DNA from: Vulcanimicrobiota bacterium
GTDB taxonomy: Bacteria; Vulcanimicrobiota; Vulcanimicrobiia; Vulcanimicrobiales; Vulcanimicrobiaceae
DNA length: 64,000 bases
Direction: 5' to 3'
Assembly (NCBI GenBank): GCA_963786105.1
Contig: CAWAXX010000013.1
Location: forward strand, 1 to 64,000
Below, one piece after another: positions 59,938-64,000 of the stretch; position 1 is the first letter of the stretch; every line of letters begins with the position of its first letter. The position numbers were made by a program, and so were the translations under genes. The notes under the pieces are model-generated. The model was not told the DNA's origin and searched no databases. It saw nothing but the letters and a program-made list of their open reading frames with translations.

Positions 59938-61809
59938 TCACTTCGCGCGTGGCGCCGCGATGGACGCCAGCATGTCGGTCGTGCCTTCGATGCGCTCGAG
60001 GTGTGGGTAGCGAATGCCGTCGTGATAGTTTAGCGAGAGCGTCTGGAACCAGCCGGTCTGTTTGACGATCAGGGAAATCGGCGCGCTCGAATGCTGAGCG
60101 CGCCGCAGCGCGTACTCGAGAACGTCGGACGAAAACTCCTGGCCGTTGACGGCGAGGATCGTCATGGCCGGCGCGAGCCCTGCTTTCCACGACGGCGAAT
60201 CCACGCGCACGTCTTGCACGACGCCTTTTTCTGAAACGTTCATGCCGTACGAATACCACCCCAAGATGCCGTGATCCGTTGCTTGGTTGGCGGTGATGAA
60301 CTCGTTGGGCTTCGAGGTGTACACGAGCTTCCAGCCGGCGCGCTCGAGCTCATCGCTAGGCGGATGCAGGGTCGGGTGGTAGACGTACTTCTCGAAAAAC
60401 GCGTCCCAGTCGTACGGTTCGACGCCGTCGAGCATGGTTTCCACTTGCTCGCGCGTATAGGTGACGACCATCGGGCCGGTCGTCGACGGTTCGGTGAATC
60501 GATGCAAGAACGTGTCCAGCGAGCGCGCGTTATGCGAGCGTGCGCGGATGATCGTGTCGGCGTCCAGCCAGACCAGCTCGCCTTCGGTGTAGAAATCGCC
60601 GGCATTGCGTCGAATCGACCCGTAGGATCCGCGCGCGAAATAGTAGTACGGGGCGCCGGTCGTCAGATCGATGAGCGGCGTGGTCGTGCGTCCCGGCTCT
60701 AAATCCATGTCGGCGTACAGGGTTGCCAAATATTCCGGGTACTGTTTCGACTCGCGAATGCCGGAGCGGAACGAGAGCAGGTCGCCTAGATATTGGTTCA
60801 TGCCCTCATACACCCACAACAGATCGGTCTTCATCGGCACTTGGAAGTTGGGCGTCGTCAGGTCCGCCGGCCGGCGATATTTACCGTTCCACGAGTGCGA
60901 GAACTCGTGGGTGACGAGATCCCCCGCCGAAAGCGACTGCGAAGCATCGGTTAGAAAATCGTCGGGCGCGCGATTGTCGCTGGATTGATGGTGCTCGATT
61001 CCTTGAAAGCCGATCTGGTCGCTCAACGCCAGCAGCGCGTGGTAGTCGAGAAAGTGACGCGACCCGTACATCGCAAAAGCCTCGGCCGGCACACGCTGGT
61101 ATGCCTTGAGCCGCGCTTCCGGGAGATCGAGGTCTTGCGGATAGTCGGCGAACGCATCGAGCTGTACGAAGGCCGCACCATCCCTCCAGAGGTCCCATTT
61201 TCTTACGTAGCGGCCGAGATCGAGCGGCGAGTCCACCAGCATCTCGAGTGACGTGGTGGCAAAGTCGACGCGGTTTCCCGTCTTCGCTCCATCGCGCAGC
61301 GCGGTAGCGTAGTCCCAGCCATCGGGTAACTCGATCGACGGTTTCACGAAGTAGCTATGCGAGTTGACGCCCTCTTGGTACAACAACACGCGATTCCAAT
61401 TGACGATGGCGACCGAGTGTGACGACATCGTGTCGTCCGGCGCATTGAGGAGCACGTCGAAATCGACCTCGAGCGTTTGGACGCCGGCCGGTACGTTGAC
61501 GTGGAATTCGTAGAGGTCCACCGGATCGCGCCGCCAGTCGAGTGCGTTTCCTCCAGCGCTGACGCGCAGGGCGGCGAGATCGTTGAGCGGGCCGCTCGGG
61601 CCGTGCTCACCGGGAATCCACTTCGGATACACCAGCGTGAAGCTCCCGGCAGTCACCGGGATCCGCTCGTGAGCGAACATGATTCCCCGCGATGCCTGCG
61701 AGGCGTCCAACACCAGCGTCGCGGCCGGCGCCGCGGCGGCGGAATGGGGTACCAGGAGCGTCGCGCATGCCGCAACCGCCGCCGCGAGGACGATGCTGCG
61801 TCGATTCAT
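59938..61809 (-). CDS. M61-family glycyl aminopeptidase with C-terminal PDZ domain
   Basis: MNRRS signal, PKWIPGEH, LVDSP, GIEH, THEFSHSWNGKYRRP, LWVYEG. Confidence 0.9.
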   Translation of the reverse strand: MNRRSIVLAAAVAACATLLVPHSAAAAPAATLVLDASQASRGIMFAHERIPVTAGSFTLVYPKWIPGEHGPSGPLNDLAALRVSAGGNALDWRRDPVDLYEFHVNVPAGVQTLEVDFDVLLNAPDDTMSSHSVAIVNWNRVLLYQEGVNSHSYFVKPSIELPDGWDYATALRDGAKTGNRVDFATTSLEMLVDSPLDLGRYVRKWDLWRDGAAFVQLDAFADYPQDLDLPEARLKAYQRVPAEAFAMYGSRHFLDYHALLALSDQIGFQGIEHHQSSDNRAPDDFLTDASQSLSAGDLVTHEFSHSWNGKYRRPADLTTPNFQVPMKTDLLWVYEGMNQYLGDLLSFRSGIRESKQYPEYLATLYADMDLEPGRTTTPLIDLTTGAPYYYFARGSYGSIRRNAGDFYTEGELVWLDADTIIRARSHNARSLDTFLHRFTEPSTTGPMVVTYTREQVETMLDGVEPYDWDAFFEKYVYHPTLHPPSDELERAGWKLVYTSKPNEFITANQATDHGILGWYSYGMNVSEKGVVQDVRVDSPSWKAGLAPAMTILAVNGQEFSSDVLEYALRRAQHSSAPISLIVKQTGWFQTLSLNYHDGIRYPHLERIEGTTDMLASIAAPRAK

Positions 61810-61979
61810 TTCGCCGGGGTTCTCAGCTCGAACGGTCGACCCTCTCGCGCGTATCGTGAGACAAAATCCCAAACCTGAGCGGAATTTTAATGCGGTGCGG
61901 CAGGTTCTCTTCGCCGAGGGGACCAATAGCGCCAGGTTCTTTTCCCATCGCCCCTTTCTTTGGAGGTCGGTTAGTCCAC

Positions 61980-62768
61980 GTGAAGATCGTGGTGACGGTC
62001 AAACTCGTGCCGGATCCTAATGCCGAGAAGCGCATCGATCCGGAAACGAAGCGCCTCGTGCGCTCGGGCGTCGAGACGGTCCTCAATCCGTACGACGAAT
62101 ACGCGCTCGAAGCAGCCCTCCAGTTGAAGGAACGCGCGGGCGGCGATACAAGCGTCGTCGTTTTTAGCATGGGTCCGGAATCGTTGAAAGAGACGTTGCG
62201 CAAGGCGTTGGCGATGGGTGCCGACGAGGCGACGTTCCTAAGCGATGCGGGGCTCGAAGGCAGCGACGTTTGGGCCACCGCGTACGCGATGTCGCAGGCG
62301 CTAAAGAAAATCGGTTTCGACTTGTTGATCGTCGGCGGCCTTACCGACGACGGGAGCACCGGGGCGGTTCCCGGCGCGCTCGCCGAGCATCTCGGCTTGC
62401 CCTGCATTACCAACGCGCGCAAAGCGGAGATTGCCGACGGCACGCTGCGAGTCGAACGCGAAACCGACGGCGGCTACCAAAGCGTACGGGGACCATTGCC
62501 TGCATTATTGACCACCGCGCTGACATTCGGCGAGCCGCGTTATGCATCGCTCAAAGGCATCATGGGCGCGAAGAAAAAGGCGATTACGCCGCTGACGCTC
62601 GCCGATCTCGGGTTGGATCGCGCCGTTGGGAGCGACGGCGCGAAAATGAAACTCGAAGCGTTCGCTCCTCCGCCGGCGCGCGGCAAGGGTCGCACGGTCG
62701 AGGCCACCGACGCTGTAGCAGGCGCGCAAGCCGTCTTTGATTTCCTAAAAGAGAAGAAGCTGGTTTAG
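61980..62768 (+). CDS. etfB: Electron transfer flavoprotein beta subunit
   Basis: KIVVTVKLVPD, NPYDEYALEAALQLKE, ALAMGAD, PRYASLKGIMGAKKK. Confidence 0.93.
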   Translation: MKIVVTVKLVPDPNAEKRIDPETKRLVRSGVETVLNPYDEYALEAALQLKERAGGDTSVVVFSMGPESLKETLRKALAMGADEATFLSDAGLEGSDVWATAYAMSQALKKIGFDLLIVGGLTDDGSTGAVPGALAEHLGLPCITNARKAEIADGTLRVERETDGGYQSVRGPLPALLTTALTFGEPRYASLKGIMGAKKKAITPLTLADLGLDRAVGSDGAKMKLEAFAPPPARGKGRTVEATDAVAGAQAVFDFLKEKKLV

Positions 62769-62769
62769 G

Positions 62770-63747
62770 GTGAAAAACGTCATCGTTTACGTCGAGCACC
62801 GTCGTGGCGAAACGCGCAAAGTCACCTTCGAGATGGCCACCGAGGCCCGCAAGCTGGCCGACGCGCTCGGCGGTCAGGCGCACGCGGTCGTCGTCGGCGC
62901 AGGCGCGACGGCCCTTGCCGATCAGTTGAAAAACTATCCGCTCGACGTCGTGCACGTCAACGACGATCCGGACGTGGATACCTACCTGCTCGATCCGGCG
63001 GTCGACTACGTCGAAGCTGCGGCGCGGGTCATCGGTCCGTCCTTGATTCTCATTCCAAACACGTTGTCGGGGCGCGATCTGGCGGGACGCCTGGTGGCGC
63101 GGCTCGGAGCGGGCATCGGCGCCGACGTGACCGAGTTCAAAATCGAGAATGGGAACCTCGCGTGCGTCTCGCCGAAGATGGGTGGTGCGTTGATCACGAC
63201 GTGTGCGATCAAGCCGGCAGATTACGGCGTCGCGACGGTGCGTCCGAATGCATTTGAATCGGCCGCCGCCGGCGCTGGTGCAACCGTGCAACCGCTCGAA
63301 AAGCCGGTGGGCAAGGCGTACGTCGCGGTCATCGAGGACGACGTCGAGGAAGCCTCGGGCGAGCTGGCACTCGAGGAAGCGCCGGTCGTGGTAGCGGGCG
63401 GTCGCGGGCTTGGGGGGCCGGAACCGTTCGATACTCTGCTGAAACCCCTAGCGAGTGCACTCGGCGGCGCGGTGGGCGCGTCGCGCGCCGCAGCCGATGC
63501 CGGATGGGTGCCGTATAGCTTGCAGATCGGACAGACCGGCAAAACGGTAACGCCGAACCTTTATATTGCGATCGGAATCTCGGGTGCGATCCAACACAAG
63601 GTCGGAATGCGGTCGTCGGGCACGATCGTCGCAATCAATAAGGACGCGGCGGCCGCGATTGCGGAGTTCTCCGACCTGCTCGTCGTCGGCGACGCTTTCA
63701 AAATCGTTCCCGAACTCACCCGCCTGGTCGAAGCCGCCAAAGCATGA
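62770..63747 (+). CDS. etfA: Electron transfer flavoprotein alpha subunit
   Basis: [44 protein letters not shown]. Confidence 0.95.
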   Translation: MKNVIVYVEHRRGETRKVTFEMATEARKLADALGGQAHAVVVGAGATALADQLKNYPLDVVHVNDDPDVDTYLLDPAVDYVEAAARVIGPSLILIPNTLSGRDLAGRLVARLGAGIGADVTEFKIENGNLACVSPKMGGALITTCAIKPADYGVATVRPNAFESAAAGAGATVQPLEKPVGKAYVAVIEDDVEEASGELALEEAPVVVAGGRGLGGPEPFDTLLKPLASALGGAVGASRAAADAGWVPYSLQIGQTGKTVTPNLYIAIGISGAIQHKVGMRSSGTIVAINKDAAAAIAEFSDLLVVGDAFKIVPELTRLVEAAKA

Positions 63748-63764
63748 GCACATACAAAGGAAAT

Positions 63765-64000
63765 ATGAAACGACTCGTTCTCTCCGTCATCGTCGCGCTC
63801 GGTTGCGCGTTCGCGGCGTTTGCCGTGACGACGCCGTCGGCGCAAGCCGGTCTCTTCGGCGGTAAGGCAGCCTCCTCGCCGAGCCCATCGCCCTCCCCGT
63901 CGGCGCTGCCTACGGCGAGTCCCGAGCCTCCGAACGTCGCAATCCCGCGGCTCGAAGCGAAGCTGAAGGCGAACCCCAACGATCAGCAGGCGATGTCGGA
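63765..64000 (+). CDS. Secreted protein, probably TPR-containing (runs off the window end)
   Basis: AAGGA RBS; MKRLVLSVIVALG signal peptide; Ser/Pro linker; LEAKLKANPND TPR-like start. Confidence 0.65.
   Translation, partial: MKRLVLSVIVALGCAFAAFAVTTPSAQAGLFGGKAASSPSPSPSPSALPTASPEPPNVAIPRLEAKLKANPNDQQAMS

Overview
High-GC bacterial chromosomal segment that is mostly core genome. It holds xseAB-tlyA-nadK-recN, pyk, the rimP-nusA-ylxR-infB-rbfA-nrnA-truB-ribF operon, an atypical Clp ATPase, ferredoxin/pcm/nifU, class I aldolase, a PhoP/PhoR-pstB locus followed by two paralogous outer-membrane porins (the first split by a +1 frameshift), tdh-kbl, tRNA-fMet, add-dtxR-rhomboid-dinG, acs, CIRCE-hrcA-dnaJ-rsmE, accDA, divIC-S1-ppx, tRNA-Leu(UAA) with a small att-bounded islet, a cluster of secreted or lipoprotein beta-propellers, an M61 peptidase and etfBA. 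Firmicutes/Actinobacteria-like gene order combined with outer-membrane porins and many beta-propeller lipoproteins suggests a diderm Terrabacteria lineage such as Ca. Eremiobacterota (inference, not verified). The most interesting signals are: (1) an unannotated ~200-nt rod-shaped RNA with its own sigma70-type promoter and terminal hairpin upstream of rimP, a 6S-like candidate; (2) a Clp/Hsp100 ATPase with an N-terminal Zn finger plus a hydrophobic helix, no middle domain and no ClpP-docking loop; (3) 11-bp-periodic Pho-box-like repeats before pstB and before porin 1, while porin 2 carries a different palindromic operator; (4) a 154-bp MITE-like element with perfect 30-bp inverted repeats; (5) an integrase-less 1.35-kb islet bounded by a 23-bp tRNA-Leu 3'-end duplication. 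All calls were made by eye, with no database searches or folding programs.
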